Shown: positions 17,918-29,900, numbered from the stretch's first letter. The stretch is 64,000 nucleotides of DNA from an uncultured bacterium (GCA_963707865.1 OY970175.1:822028-886027), one strand, 5' to 3'. The notes: a model not told the origin generated them from the sequence alone. Translations and numbers: made by a program.

Positions 17918-20080
17918 TTACGAAAGCCGCTCTTCTATTTTTTCCAGATTGACGTCGCGTGGCTTCGCGCCATCGCCGGGACCGATGAGGTCGGCGGCCT
18001 CCATGAGATCCAAAAGCCGCGCGGCACGGGCATAGCCGACTTTCAGGCGGCGCTGCAGAAGCGACGCCGAGGCCTTCTTGGCTTCTACCACGATCGCGAT
18101 GGCCTCGTCAAAAAGTTCGTCGGTGTCCTCGTCCTCAAGATATTCGTCAAAGTTTTGCGGCGCAGAAATGCCGGCGGCCATACCGTTCATGCCGCTGCCG
18201 TTCACACCCCCGTTTTCAAAATTCACTTTCTCGTTTTCGTCCGCCATCGGGGCGTTGTGATCGCGGATAAAGCTCGCCACGTTCTTGATCTCGTCTTCCG
18301 TGATGTAGGTACCCTGGATGCGCTTCGGCTTGGAGAGTTCAGCGGATACGAAAAGCAAGTCCCCGTTGCCAAGGAGTTTCTCCGCGCCGCCCGTATCTAA
18401 AATAGTGCGCGAGTCAATCTGCGACGCTACTTGAAGCGCTACGCGTGCGGTGATATTCGCCTTGATGAGTCCCGTGATGATCTCCACCGACGGCCGCTGT
18501 GTGGCGAGCAGAAGATGAATACCCGTCGCGCGCGCCATCTGCGCCAGGCGCACGATGGAACCCTCCACTTCGCGGCCGTAAGAGGTCATGAGGTCCGCCA
18601 TCTCGTCTACCACAATCAAAATGTAGGACAGTGCCTCGTCGCGGTGGCTCGCGTTGTAGCTCTTCGTATCGCGGCTACCGGCTTTTTGGAGAAGCTCATA
18701 GCGCCGCTCCATTTCGGCGATCGCCCAGCGGAAAACGCTAACCGCCTTTTTGTTTTCGGTGATCACGGGGCTTACGAGATGGGGGATACCTTCATAGACG
18801 GAAAGCTCCACGCGTTTCGGGTCAATAAGGATAAGTTTCAAGGTCTGCGGCGAGTTTTTATATAAAAGGGAAACAATGAGCGAGTGCATAAGGATTGATT
18901 TTCCCGAGCCGGTCGCGCCCGCGACGAGCATATGCGGCATCTTTTCAATATTCGTGAAGACTGGCTCGCCCGAAACGTCGCGGCCGAGGATGAATCCGAG
19001 CAGCCCCGATTGATTGAACTCGGGATAATTCATCAAACTGCCGAGGCGGACGAGCGCGGCTGCTTTGTTCGGCACCTCAATGCCCACGAGCGATTTCCCC
19101 GGGATCGGCGCTTCAATACGGATAGGATGCGCAGCCAATGCGAGCGCAAGATCGGAGGAGAGCGCTGTGATGCGCGAGAGTTTCATCCCCTCGGCCGGCT
19201 TCAGGGTGTAGCGCGTGACCGCCGGACCCACATTGATCTCCCCCATTTCCACCGAAATGCCGAAACTTTCAAGCGTGCGCTTTATAATGTTCGCATTCGC
19301 GAGAAGATCACCCGTCGTCGGTTTCCCCACCTCGGCCTTGAGGAGCGAAAGCGGTGGCGGGATATAGTTCGCGAAAACCGGTGCTTTCAACTTTTTTGTG
19401 CTCGCGGGCTTCATCATGGACCTTGGCCCCACGACCGTCGGTTTCATCTCCTCTTCGTCTTCGTCGGGTTCTTCCTCAATATTTTCCATTCCTTTTTTTC
19501 CATGATTCTTGCCTTTCTCGTCACCCGTTCCAGTCACAGGGAGGTCCTCTTCTTCAGGCGCCTTTCCCAGCCATTTGATTTTGATTGGCACGTTCGCCGT
19601 CACAAGTATTGAAATGATAAAGATAAAACCGTCAATAATAGTGGCCGCGGTTTTGCCGAAAGGGTAGCGGAGTGATCCGAGTACGAGCCCAAGCCAGCCA
19701 CCCTTCGTGGGGGAGAATATTTCAATGAGGCCGAGGAACGAAAAGATGAGAAGGCCAGCTCCCACGAGTGTCGTGCCCACGATCTTCTTTCGCCCGGAGG
19801 CCAAGAGCACGACTGCGGCGAAGGCAAGCGTTACGGGGAGGACGAAATACCCCCAGCCGAAGAGCGCGTCCAGGCCTTGGTACGTCGCGCCGCCCGCGGG
19901 CCCCGCCGCGCCAAACCCCGCGAGCGTGAGGATTACTGCAATGCAAAGAAAGCCAACCCCCCAGATGCTTTTCTTCGTATCCGGGTGCAAGCGGTGGTCC
20001 GAAAAATTCTCCCGCGCGTTGCCGCCGCCACGGACGTCGCCGTTCTTCTTGTACTCGCCGTTCCCGTTCCTTTTCGCCAT
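17918..20080 (-). CDS. ftsK: DNA translocase FtsK/SpoIIIE
   Basis: N-terminal TM helices. Motor domain PHMLVAGATGSGKSILMHSLIVSLL (Walker A) ...LILIDPKRVEL... VVDEMADLM (Walker B). C-terminal gamma-like domain. Confidence 0.9.
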   Translation of the reverse strand: MAKRNGNGEYKKNGDVRGGGNARENFSDHRLHPDTKKSIWGVGFLCIAVILTLAGFGAAGPAGGATYQGLDALFGWGYFVLPVTLAFAAVVLLASGRKKIVGTTLVGAGLLIFSFLGLIEIFSPTKGGWLGLVLGSLRYPFGKTAATIIDGFIFIISILVTANVPIKIKWLGKAPEEEDLPVTGTGDEKGKNHGKKGMENIEEEPDEDEEEMKPTVVGPRSMMKPASTKKLKAPVFANYIPPPLSLLKAEVGKPTTGDLLANANIIKRTLESFGISVEMGEINVGPAVTRYTLKPAEGMKLSRITALSSDLALALAAHPIRIEAPIPGKSLVGIEVPNKAAALVRLGSLMNYPEFNQSGLLGFILGRDVSGEPVFTNIEKMPHMLVAGATGSGKSILMHSLIVSLLYKNSPQTLKLILIDPKRVELSVYEGIPHLVSPVITENKKAVSVFRWAIAEMERRYELLQKAGSRDTKSYNASHRDEALSYILIVVDEMADLMTSYGREVEGSIVRLAQMARATGIHLLLATQRPSVEIITGLIKANITARVALQVASQIDSRTILDTGGAEKLLGNGDLLFVSAELSKPKRIQGTYITEDEIKNVASFIRDHNAPMADENEKVNFENGGVNGSGMNGMAAGISAPQNFDEYLEDEDTDELFDEAIAIVVEAKKASASLLQRRLKVGYARAARLLDLMEAADLIGPGDGAKPRDVNLEKIEERLS

Positions 20081-20103
20081 TACGTTTCTATTGTACTGTA
20101 ATT

Positions 20104-20910
20104 TTGAATGTTGCTACAATGGACAGTATGCCGTCGCTTTCAGAGAAGGAACTCATCGTTTTTGATATGGATGGGACGCTCACGCCGAGCAAATCGGTTG
20201 CCGATCGGGAAATGATCGCACTGCTTCTCCAATTGCTTGAGAAAAAGAAGGTGGCGGTGATCGGCGGTGGAAAATACGCCCTCTTCCGGGAGCAGATTAT
20301 TGCCCGCCTGCCACACCGTGACGCGCGGCTCGCAAATCTTTTCCTTTTCCCGACTACTTCAACGACGTTCTATCGCTACCAAGGCGGGGCATGGAAGAAT
20401 GTATATACGCTTCTTTTGCCCAAGCGGGACCGGGCAAAGATACGAAACGCATTTAAAGCGGTTTTCAAAGAAATGGATTACGAGCATCCAAAGAAGACAT
20501 ACGGTCCCGTGATTGAGGATCGCGGGACGCAAGTTTCTTTTTCCGCGCTGGGCCAAGACGTGGTGGCCATGCTGGGGAAAAGAGGCATTCGGATGAAAGA
20601 AGAATGGAAGAGGAAGTACACGCCTTTGAAGATGGAAATAGCGCGAGCGGTCGCGAAGCGCTTGCCCGGCCTTGAGGTGCGCGCCGCGGGCTACACGACC
20701 ATTGACGTTACGCGGAAAGGCATTGACAAGGGCTACGGCATCCGGCAGATAGAGAAATACCTTCACGTGCCCGTTAAAAAAATGCTTTTTGTGGGTGATG
20801 CGCTCTACCCGGGCGGCAACGACTACGCCGCGCGGAGGACTGGGGTGCAATGCATCGCCGTGGGCGGACCGGAGGACGCGAAAAAAATAATTAAAAAAAT
20901 TCTTCGTTGA
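20104..20910 (+). CDS. HAD-IIB hydrolase of the eukaryotic-type phosphomannomutase (PMM) family
   Basis: FDMDGTLTP (HAD motif I), IGGGKYALF, AAGYTTIDVTRKGIDKGYGIR and FVGDALYPGGNDY line up with PMM motifs FDVDGTLT / VGGSDFEKV / DVFPDGWDKRYCL / FFGDKTMPGGNDHE. Confidence 0.65.
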   Translation: MNVATMDSMPSLSEKELIVFDMDGTLTPSKSVADREMIALLLQLLEKKKVAVIGGGKYALFREQIIARLPHRDARLANLFLFPTTSTTFYRYQGGAWKNVYTLLLPKRDRAKIRNAFKAVFKEMDYEHPKKTYGPVIEDRGTQVSFSALGQDVVAMLGKRGIRMKEEWKRKYTPLKMEIARAVAKRLPGLEVRAAGYTTIDVTRKGIDKGYGIRQIEKYLHVPVKKMLFVGDALYPGGNDYAARRTGVQCIAVGGPEDAKKIIKKILR

Positions 20911-21016
20911 CAGGCGGCGCGTGCGGAGGTATGATGCGCATACTTGCGGAGCACTATTGTTTTGGTGCCACGCAGCTATAAAAATGTCGTCGACAACGAA
21001 ACAATAGCGAGGGACA

Positions 21017-21496
21017 ATGCCGGACTTCTTAAACAGCTCGCTTGGAATCCGAATGACCATTGACGAAGTGGTCCGCGCGATTGTTGATTTTATGACACTG
21101 GAGCCCGCGCGCCGCTACAAGGTGACCATCGGCACCGACTCCGAGCTTCTGCGCGGCAAAAAGGCGGATTTTGTGACGGCGGTCGTGGTGCACCGTGTGG
21201 GAAACGGCGGCCGCTATTTCTGGCGGCGCTTTGAACTCGGAAAGTTCCACAACTTGCGCGACAGGATCATTAAAGAAGTATTGATCTCGCTTGAGGTCGC
21301 CGAGAAGGTGCTTTTGGAGCTCAAAAAGCTCCCGCTCCCGGAATTTGATTTTGAGATCCACGCCGACATCGGCGAGAACGGCCCCACAAAGGCGATGATC
21401 CAAGAGGTGGTGGCGATGATCCGGGCGAATAATTTCCAGGTGAAAACGAAGCCGGAGAGCTATGCGGCGTCCAACGTCGCCGACCGGCACGTATAG
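21017..21496 (+). CDS. YkuK/DUF458-like (RNase H-like fold) protein
   Basis: VTIGTDSE motif and size (~160 aa) resemble the YkuK family. Recalled from memory, not searched. Confidence 0.4.
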   Translation: MPDFLNSSLGIRMTIDEVVRAIVDFMTLEPARRYKVTIGTDSELLRGKKADFVTAVVVHRVGNGGRYFWRRFELGKFHNLRDRIIKEVLISLEVAEKVLLELKKLPLPEFDFEIHADIGENGPTKAMIQEVVAMIRANNFQVKTKPESYAASNVADRHV

Positions 21497-21579
21497 AATT
21501 ACTAATTTCTAATGACTAATTTCTAAAAAAACCTTTTTATTGGTCATTAAAAATTAGAAATTAGGCATTAGAAATTTTC

Positions 21580-22158
21580 ATGGACACCCTGGTTTTTGAC
21601 ATTGAAACCCAGAATTTTTTCACCGACCCGGACGTGGGATGGGACAATTTCGCGGCGCTCAAAATATCGGTCGTCGGCGTCTATTCCTACTTGTACGATA
21701 AGTATTTCACCTTTGAGGAGCACGAGATGGCCAAGCTTGCCGAGCTCTTTGCGGAAGCGCGGCGGATCGTCGGATTCAGCATGAACCGTTACGACGTGCC
21801 GGTGCTGAATAATTACTTCCAGGGGTTGGGCGCCGCGGTGCCGAATCTTTGGGAGAAAGAGCGCGTGGATCTGCTTGAGGAAATTGAGATGGCGGCGAAG
21901 CAGCGGGTGAGCCTGAGCCGGCTCGCCGAAGCGAACCTCGGCTTGAAAAAAGACCATCATGGTTCGGAGGCGATCGGTCTGTATCGGGAAGGCAAGATGG
22001 ACGAGCTTAAGGCATATTGCCTGAAGGATGTGGAGCTCACAAAGGCACTCTACGATCTGTATCAGAAACAAAATTATCTTTTGATGCCCGATAGGCAAAC
22101 GGGCGAGATCGTGAAAGTGGCGTTTGCGAAACCGCTTGCGGCAGCCGGACTTTTCTAA
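21580..22158 (+). CDS. DEDD-type 3'-5' exonuclease-like / RNase H-like protein (PolB exonuclease-like)
   Basis: LVFDIETQNF (Exo I-like) ... FSMNRYDVPVL ... YCLKDVELTKALY (Exo III-like YxxxD). Confidence 0.55.
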   Translation: MDTLVFDIETQNFFTDPDVGWDNFAALKISVVGVYSYLYDKYFTFEEHEMAKLAELFAEARRIVGFSMNRYDVPVLNNYFQGLGAAVPNLWEKERVDLLEEIEMAAKQRVSLSRLAEANLGLKKDHHGSEAIGLYREGKMDELKAYCLKDVELTKALYDLYQKQNYLLMPDRQTGEIVKVAFAKPLAAAGLF

Positions 22159-22196
22159 TCTCCACCGCACCTTCGCGGTTTTGATATGATAACGAC

Positions 22197-22517
22197 ATGA
22201 AGGTGCTCTACTGGCTTCCTCGCATATTGGCCATATCCTTTGCGGTGTTTCTGGCAATTTTTTCTCTTGATGTTTTTGGAGAAGGATACGGTTTTTGGGG
22301 GACCGTCACCGCATTCATTGTTCACAATATTCCATCCATCCTGATTATCGCGGCTCTTATCATTGCATGGCGTTATGAGAGAATCGGGGGCGCGATATTT
22401 ATTGTGCTGGGCATTATCGCGACAGCGTTTTTTCACACCACGGGCAGCATCGTTTCGTTCGTCGCGGTTTCTTTGCCCCTCTTCGTAATCGGCGTTCTTT
22501 TTCTCGCCGGGCAATAA
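22197..22517 (+). CDS. small hypothetical membrane protein (3 TM)
   Basis: 106 aa, three hydrophobic helices. Confidence 0.45.
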   Translation: MKVLYWLPRILAISFAVFLAIFSLDVFGEGYGFWGTVTAFIVHNIPSILIIAALIIAWRYERIGGAIFIVLGIIATAFFHTTGSIVSFVAVSLPLFVIGVLFLAGQ

Positions 22518-22520
22518 AAC

Positions 22521-23747
22521 ATGAAAAAGATATACCTTGACTACGCGGCATCCACGCCGGTTGATCCCGCGGTTTTGCGCGCGATGATACCGTATTTTTC
22601 CGAGCGGTTTGGCAATCCCGGTTCACTCCATGCATTCGGGCAGGAGGCGATCGCGGCAGTGGATCGCTCGCGCGAAATGATCGCGAGGGCGCTCGGCGTG
22701 GACTTCCGGCAAGTGATCTTTACGGCATCTGCGACGGAGGCGAACAATCTTGCGCTCCGCGGCGCGGTGCAAAAATTCCGCGAGGCGCACGGGGGGGGCA
22801 AGCACAGGGCAGGCAGGTACGGAGTAAGCGGGAACGTGCCGGCACCTCGCATCATCGTTTCCGCCGTTGAGCATGAATCGGTGTTTGAAACCGCGCGGGA
22901 TTTGGAACGGCAAGGTGCCGAAGTGGTATATGTGCCGGTGAACGCGAGGGGGATCGTAGATTTAAAAAAGATGAAAGAATCCCTGGCAGAAGACACCGCA
23001 ATTGTTTCTATGATGTATGCAAACAATGAGATCGGAACCATCCAGCCGATTTCCGAAATCGCGGAAATTATCAAGGAATTCCGAGAAAAAAGGCGCTCAC
23101 AGCGATCAGTAACCGGCGGTCAGTTTCCAGTTTTCCATACCGATGCCGCGCAGGCGTTCCAGTTTTTGGATTGCGATGTTCAGGGGTTGGGAGTGGATTT
23201 AATGACAATTTCTTCCCACAAAATCTACGGCCCAAAGGGTGCGGGAGCGCTCTTTGTGCGTGACGAAAAAATGCTGGCGCCGGTCGTGATGGGCGGCGGT
23301 CAGGAGTTCGGGCTGCGCTCCGGTACGGAAAACGTTCCGGCAATCGTCGGGTTTGCGAAGGCGGTTGAACTTGCCGCGGCCATGCGGGAAAAAGAGTCCA
23401 AGCGTATTGCTGCGCTGCGCGATCGCCTGTGGAGTGGGATAAAAGAAACTTTCCCGGACGCCGAGGTAAACGGTTCAGAGAACGCTTCGGAGAAATTGCC
23501 GAATTTTCTGAACGTTTATTTCCCCGGCCACGCAGCACAGGATTTACTCACAAAGTTTGATTTGAAGGGTCTTGCAGCATCCTCTGGTTCCGCCTGCCAC
23601 TCCCGCGCGATGGAGGCCCCCTACGTCATTGAAGCACTTGGCCATCGGAAGGAGCGCGCGAAGGCAAGTATTCGCTTCAGTTTGGGACGGCCGACAACGG
23701 AAAGAGAGATAAAGGAGGCACTGAAAATAATGGAGACTGCTCGGTAG
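22521..23747 (+). CDS. cysteine desulfurase (NifS/IscS family, class V aminotransferase)
   Basis: YLDYAASTPVDP; SSHKIYGPKGAGALFVR (PLP-lysine motif); SSGSACHS active-site Cys loop. Confidence 0.85.
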   Translation: MKKIYLDYAASTPVDPAVLRAMIPYFSERFGNPGSLHAFGQEAIAAVDRSREMIARALGVDFRQVIFTASATEANNLALRGAVQKFREAHGGGKHRAGRYGVSGNVPAPRIIVSAVEHESVFETARDLERQGAEVVYVPVNARGIVDLKKMKESLAEDTAIVSMMYANNEIGTIQPISEIAEIIKEFREKRRSQRSVTGGQFPVFHTDAAQAFQFLDCDVQGLGVDLMTISSHKIYGPKGAGALFVRDEKMLAPVVMGGGQEFGLRSGTENVPAIVGFAKAVELAAAMREKESKRIAALRDRLWSGIKETFPDAEVNGSENASEKLPNFLNVYFPGHAAQDLLTKFDLKGLAASSGSACHSRAMEAPYVIEALGHRKERAKASIRFSLGRPTTEREIKEALKIMETAR

Positions 23748-23985
23748 GTCTGTGGGGAGTCGCTGGTTATGCACAGGCAAGGAATAATGGGGGTGACGGC
23801 GATATGTTAAAATAACATTAAAGATTTTAAGGGTTGTTTTGCCGTGTTTAGCTCCCGAAAACAAAGGTCAAGATTAAGCAAATTAAAATCCTCTCATAAG
23901 AACGTTGCCCACCGTATTTAAAATATAAAGGCCGATTACGGCATGAAGGTAAACGTTGTGATAAAGAAAATACTAAGGATAAAAA

Positions 23986-26900
23986 ATGAATAGCACCAGT
24001 TTTAATTTTAGAAAATTCGTTCCCTTGTTTTTAATAATAGTGTTTGCCCTCGCCGGGTCGGTCTTTGTACAGCATGCGAGTGCAGGAACAATAGGTTCTG
24101 TAGGCATCGCGTCGCCGGCTGGCGGCCAGAAGTGGAGCGGTTCTCATAATATCACATGGACCACCACGGGAAATGCAGGTGGAACAAGTACGGTGAATAT
24201 TTATTATTGCCATGATACTCCGAGCGGCGGTTGTGGCGATGGAATAAATACACTTATTCAGGCAAGCGTCGCCGACGATAGTAGTAGCAGCACCGTAGAA
24301 ACATATAGCTGGAATACAACGTCCCCGTCCATACCAGATGGCTCCGATTATAAAATCAGGGTGTCCGCTTCGGCCGATGCTGGCGTTTCGGGTCTTTCGG
24401 GCACCGACTTCACCGTGGACAACACGCCGCCCACCATCTCTATTGGTTCCCCCTCGGCCTTGCTTACCGCTACAACTTCGGTCGCCTACACTATTACTTA
24501 TAGTGGTGCTAGTACGGTGACCCTCGTAGATGGAAACGTGACAGTGAATAAGACGGGTAGCGCCACGGGCACGGCCGCAGTCACCGGAAGCGGCACTTCC
24601 ACTCGCACTGTTACGATCTCAGGCATCGGCGGCACTGGAACGTTGAGTATCACGATTGCTACGGGGACCGCCTATGATGATGCAACCCCACCCAATTACG
24701 CCACAGGGACTGCCGCCAGCGCCACCTTCGCCGTGGACAATACAGCGCCCGCTGCGCCAACAGCAGTGACGCTTACCGATCCGATCAATTTAACAAACCA
24801 AGCAAGCGTTACGGTTACCGGCGATGCCGCGGGTGAAGCCGATGGCTCTGTGGTGACTTGTTCGGTCAGCGACCCAAGTGTAGTTCATACGGTTCAAGCT
24901 ACGAGTTCTGCAGCGACCAATGCATTTACCATTCCTTTAGACGTTCACACTTTGAACGATGGCACCTCGACTGCTACGTGTTACGTTACTGATCTTGCGG
25001 GAAATGTCGGTGCGACCCGAACCGATACGGCTACAAAAGATACGGTCGCGCCGACCATCTCCGTAAGCACGTCCTCGGCAACGCTTACGAACACCGGCCC
25101 CGTCACGTACACCGTTACGTACACCGGCGCTAGTGCGGTGACCCTTGTCCCGGGCGACATCACGCTCAATGCGAGCGGCACTGCCGCGGGCACCGTAGGG
25201 GTCTCCGGCACCAGCACCAGCGGGGGGACCGTCACGATCTCGGGCATCACCGGCGACGGGACGCTGGGTATCACGATCGCCGCGGGTACGGCGTCTGACG
25301 CTGCAGGGAACACCGCCACAGGGACTGCCGCCAGCGCCACCTTCGACGTGGACAATACCGCGCCGACCATCTCCGTAAGCACGTCCTCGGCAACGCTTAC
25401 GAACACCGGCCCCGTCACGTATACCGTTACGTACACCGGCGCTAGTGCGGTGACCCTTGTCAATGGAAACGTAACGCTTAACAAGACGGGCACGGCGACA
25501 GGAACCGTAGGGGTCTCCGGCACCAGCACCAGCGGGGGGACCGTCACGATCTCGGGCATCACCGGCGACGGGACGCTGGGTATCACGATCGCCGCGGGTA
25601 CGGCGTCTGACGCTGCAGGGAACACCGCCACAGGGACTGCCGCCAGCGCCACCTTCGACGTGGACAATACCGCGCCGACCGATCTAGTGGTTAATGCCGT
25701 CTTTGCGGCTTCAACGACCAAACAAGGCAACGCTTCAGTAACGATCGCAAGCTCCGGCGATGCGTCCAACACGGTTTGGTTCGCGCCGCCAGGAACCGTG
25801 GCCTTCGCTACAGACACGACCATGACCAAAGCGGGAGGAACCGATATTTCAATCCTTGCCCCCGCCAATGAGGGTTCCTACAAACTTTTTGTGATTGACG
25901 CCGCCGGCAATGTTTCGTCGGGATCCAATGCGATACTCACCGTGGACAATACGCCGCCGACCATCTCCGTAAGCACGTCCTCGCTCCCGGTCACGAACAC
26001 CGGCCCCGTCACCTACACCGTTACGTACACCGGAGCCAGCTCCGTAACGCTTGTCAACGGAGACGTAACGCTTAACAAGACGGGCACCGCGACAGGCACC
26101 GTAGGGGTCTCCGGCACCAGCACCAGCGGGGGGACCGTCACGATCTCGGGCATCACCGGCGACGGGACGCTGGGTATCACGATCGCCGCGGGTACGGCGT
26201 CTGACGCTGCAGGGAACACCGCCACAGGGACTGCCGCCAGCGCCACCTTCGACGTGGACAATACCGCGCCGACCATCTCCGTAAGCACGTCCTCGGCAAC
26301 GCTTACGAACACCGGCCCCGTCACGTACACCGTTACGTACACCGGCGCTAGTGCGGTGACCCTTGTCCCGGGCGACATCACGCTCAATGCGAGCGGCACT
26401 GCCGCGGGCACCGTAGGGGTCTCCGGCACCAGCACCAGCGGGGGGACCGTCACGATCTCGGGCATCACCGGCGACGGGACGCTGGGTATCACGATCGCCG
26501 CGGGTACGGCGTCTGACGCTGCAGGGAACACCGCCACAGGGACTGCCGCCAGCGCCACCTTCGACGTGGACAATACCGCGCCGACCATCTCCGTAAGCAC
26601 GTCCTCGCTCCCGGTCACGAACACCGGCCCCGTCACGTACACCGTTACGTACACCGGCGCTAGTGCGGTGACCCTTGTCCCGGGCGACATCACGCTCAAT
26701 GCGAGCGGCACTGCCGCGGGCACCGTAGGGGTCTCCGGCACCAGCACCAGCGGGGGGACCGTCACGATCTCGGGCATCACCGGCGACGGGACGCTGGGTA
26801 TCACGATCGCCGCAGGTACGGCGTCTGACGCTGCAGGGAACACCGCCACAGGGACTGCCGCCAGCGCCACCTTCGACGTGGACAATACCGCGCCGACCAT

Positions 26901-29900
26901 CTCCGTAAGCACGTCCTCGGCAACGCTTACGAACACCGGCCCCGTCACGTACACCGTTACGTACACCGGCGCTAGTGCGGTGACCCTTGTCCCGGGCGAC
27001 ATCACGCTCAATGCGAGCGGCACTGCCGCGGGCACCGTAGGGGTCTCCGGCACCAGCACCAGCGGGGGGACCGTCACGATCTCGGGCATCACCGGCGACG
27101 GGACGCTGGGTATCACGATCGCCGCGGGTACGGCGTCTGACGCTGCAGGGAACACCGCCACAGGGACTGCCGCCAGCGCCACCTTCGACGTGGACAATAC
27201 CGCGCCGACCATCTCCGTAAGCACGTCCTCGGCAACGCTTACGAACACCGGCCCCGTCACGTACACCGTTACGTACACCGGCGCTAGTGCGGTGACCCTT
27301 GTCCCGGGCGACATCACGCTCAATGCGAGCGGCACTGCCGCGGGCACCGTAGGGGTCTCCGGCACCAGCACCAGCGGGGGGACCGTCACGATCTCGGGCA
27401 TCACCGGCGACGGGACGCTGGGTATCACGATCGCCGCGGGTACGGCGTCTGACGCTGCAGGGAACACCGCCACAGGGACTGCCGCCAGCGCCACCTTCGA
27501 CGTGGACAATACCGCGCCGACCATCTCCGTAAGCACGTCCTCGCTCCCGGTCACGAACACCGGCCCCGTCACGTACACCGTTACGTACACCGGCGCTAGT
27601 GCGGTGACCCTTGTCCCGGGCGACATCACGCTCAATGCGAGCGGCACTGCCGCGGGCACCGTAGGGGTCTCCGGCACCAGCACCAGCGGGGGGACCGTCA
27701 CGATCTCGGGCATCACCGGCGACGGGACGCTGGGTATCACGATCGCCGCGGGTACGGCGTCTGACGCTGCAGGGAACACCGCCACAGGGACTGCCGCCAG
27801 CGCCACCTTCGACGTGGACAATACCGCGCCGACCATCTCCGTAAGCACGTCCTCGGCAACGCTTACGAACACCGGCCCCGTCACGTACACCGTTACGTAC
27901 ACCGGCGCTAGTGCGGTGACCCTTGTCCCGGGCGACATCACGCTCAATGCGAGCGGCACTGCCGCGGGCACCGTAGGGGTCTCCGGCACCAGCACCAGCG
28001 GGGGGACCGTCACGATCTCGGGCATCACCGGCGACGGGACGCTGGGTATCACGATCGCCGCGGGTACGGCGTCTGACGCTGCAGGGAACACCGCCACAGG
28101 GACTGCCGCCAGCGCCACCTTCGACGTGGACAATACCGCGCCGACCATCTCCGTAAGCACGTCCTCGGCAACGCTTACGAACACCGGCCCCGTCACGTAC
28201 ACCGTTACGTACACCGGCGCTAGTGCGGTGACCCTTGTCCCGGGCGACATCACGCTCAATGCGAGCGGCACTGCCGCGGGCACCGTAGGGGTCTCCGGCA
28301 CCAGCACCAGCGGGGGGACCGTCACGATCTCGGGCATCACCGGCGACGGGACGCTGGGTATCACGATCGCCGCGGGTACGGCGTCTGACGCTGCAGGGAA
28401 CACCGCCACAGGGACTGCCGCCAGCGCCACCTTCGACGTGGACAATACCGCGCCGACCATCTCCGTAAGCACGTCCTCGGCAACGCTTACGAACACCGGC
28501 CCCGTCACGTACACCGTTACGTACACCGGCGCTAGTGCGGTGACCCTTGTCCCGGGCGACATCACGCTCAATGCGAGCGGCACTGCCGCGGGCACCGTAG
28601 GGGTCTCCGGCACCAGCACCAGCGGGGGGACCGTCACGATCTCGGGCATCACCGGCGACGGGACGCTGGGTATCACGATCGCCGCGGGTACGGCGTCTGA
28701 CGCTGCAGGGAACACCGCCACAGGGACTGCCGCCAGCGCCACCTTCGACGTGGACAATACCGCGCCGACCATCTCCGTAAGCACGTCCTCGGCAACGCTT
28801 ACGAACACCGGCCCCGTCACGTACACCGTTACGTACACCGGCGCTAGTGCGGTGACCCTTGTCCCGGGCGACATCACGCTCAATGCGAGCGGCACTGCCG
28901 CGGGCACCGTAGGGGTCTCCGGCACCAGCACCAGCGGGGGGACCGTCACGATCTCGGGCATCACCGGCGACGGGACGCTGGGTATCACGATCGCCGCGGG
29001 TACGGCGTCTGACGCTGCAGGGAACACCGCCACAGGGACTGCCGCCAGCGCCACCTTCGACGTGGACAATACCGCGCCGACCTACTCGGTGGCATATACC
29101 GTAGGCGGAAGCCCCGTGACCTACCTCAATGAAAATGACCATGTCGTGATTACGGCGACCTTCAACGAAGACATGGCTGTCTCGCCGACACCTAAGATTC
29201 AGTTAGACGGTGCTGCGACTGCGTTATCGGCGACGGACATGGTGAGGGACACCGCCACCAGCTCTCACTACAACTGGTTCGCCGGTCAAACTGGAGACGG
29301 CGTGATGACGCCGACCGTGACCGTGGGAACGGATGTGGCGGGGAACACAGTGACCGAGGCTAGTTCTACGAAAACAACAATAATGGTGGACAACACAGCG
29401 CCGGTCGTTGACCCAGGTGCAAGTGTCGGAACGGTGGCGGAAGAATTTACGCAGAACGGATCTTCCACCGACGAAGGAGGTTCGGGCGTTAATACGGGCA
29501 CCTATCAATGGACCAAAGTGCTCGGTCCCGGTACGGTTACCTTTGGCAGTTCCTCCACCGCCATCACAACCGTAAGCGCCAATGTTGACGGTGCGTATGG
29601 TATCAAACTGGCCGTTAGTGATAATATCGGCAACATTGGTTCAAGCACCGTCGGTTTTGTGTGGTCATCCACCAATGTTCCTATAGTGTCTTACAATCCG
29701 GCCAGCGGGGCGACGGGGGTTTCTATAGCTACTGGCACGGCAATCGTAACTTTTAGCGCTGACATCACAATAGTAAGTTCCACTAAGGTTGATTTGGTAG
29801 ACGATGCCAGCAGCACTTCCATGAAAAATGGCGCGGTGACAGCTACCAGCAGCACTCTCCTCATTCCTTACGTCGGGCTGGGAAATGCGAGAGTGTATAG

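Noticed and set aside
17915-19612. Plus-strand ORFs inside ftsK (17915-18400, 18431-18865, 18932-19612)
   Set aside because: They are antisense to FtsK, whose Walker A/B and translocase motifs are intact. The translations are Arg-rich with no motifs.
15982-20080. FtsK as a conjugative coupling/TraB-like translocase linked to the T4SS-pilin array
   Set aside because: It has the standard FtsK N-terminal membrane domain and gamma-like C-terminus. It sits in a recA–rodZ-like–ftsK housekeeping context 10 kb from the array, so a chromosomal FtsK is the parsimonious reading.
25048-29085. Possible CRISPR array, considered because of the highly regular direct repeats
   Set aside because: The repeat unit is 312 bp with no unique spacers. 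It is in frame and coding, encoding a 104-aa Ig-like module. There are no cas genes. It is a protein-coding tandem repeat, not a CRISPR array.
24981-29142. Very long minus-strand ORFs (for example 25849-29142, 1097 aa; 26013-29069, 1018 aa; 24981-25868) antisense to the giant repeat gene
   Set aside because: These are artefacts of a GC-rich, stop-poor tandem repeat. Their translations (RGDRDTQRPVAGDARDRDGPPAGAG.. and PAAVPLALSVMSPGTRVTALAPV..) are periodic low-complexity strings that mirror the sense-strand repeat, and the sense strand has a signal peptide and coherent domain structure.
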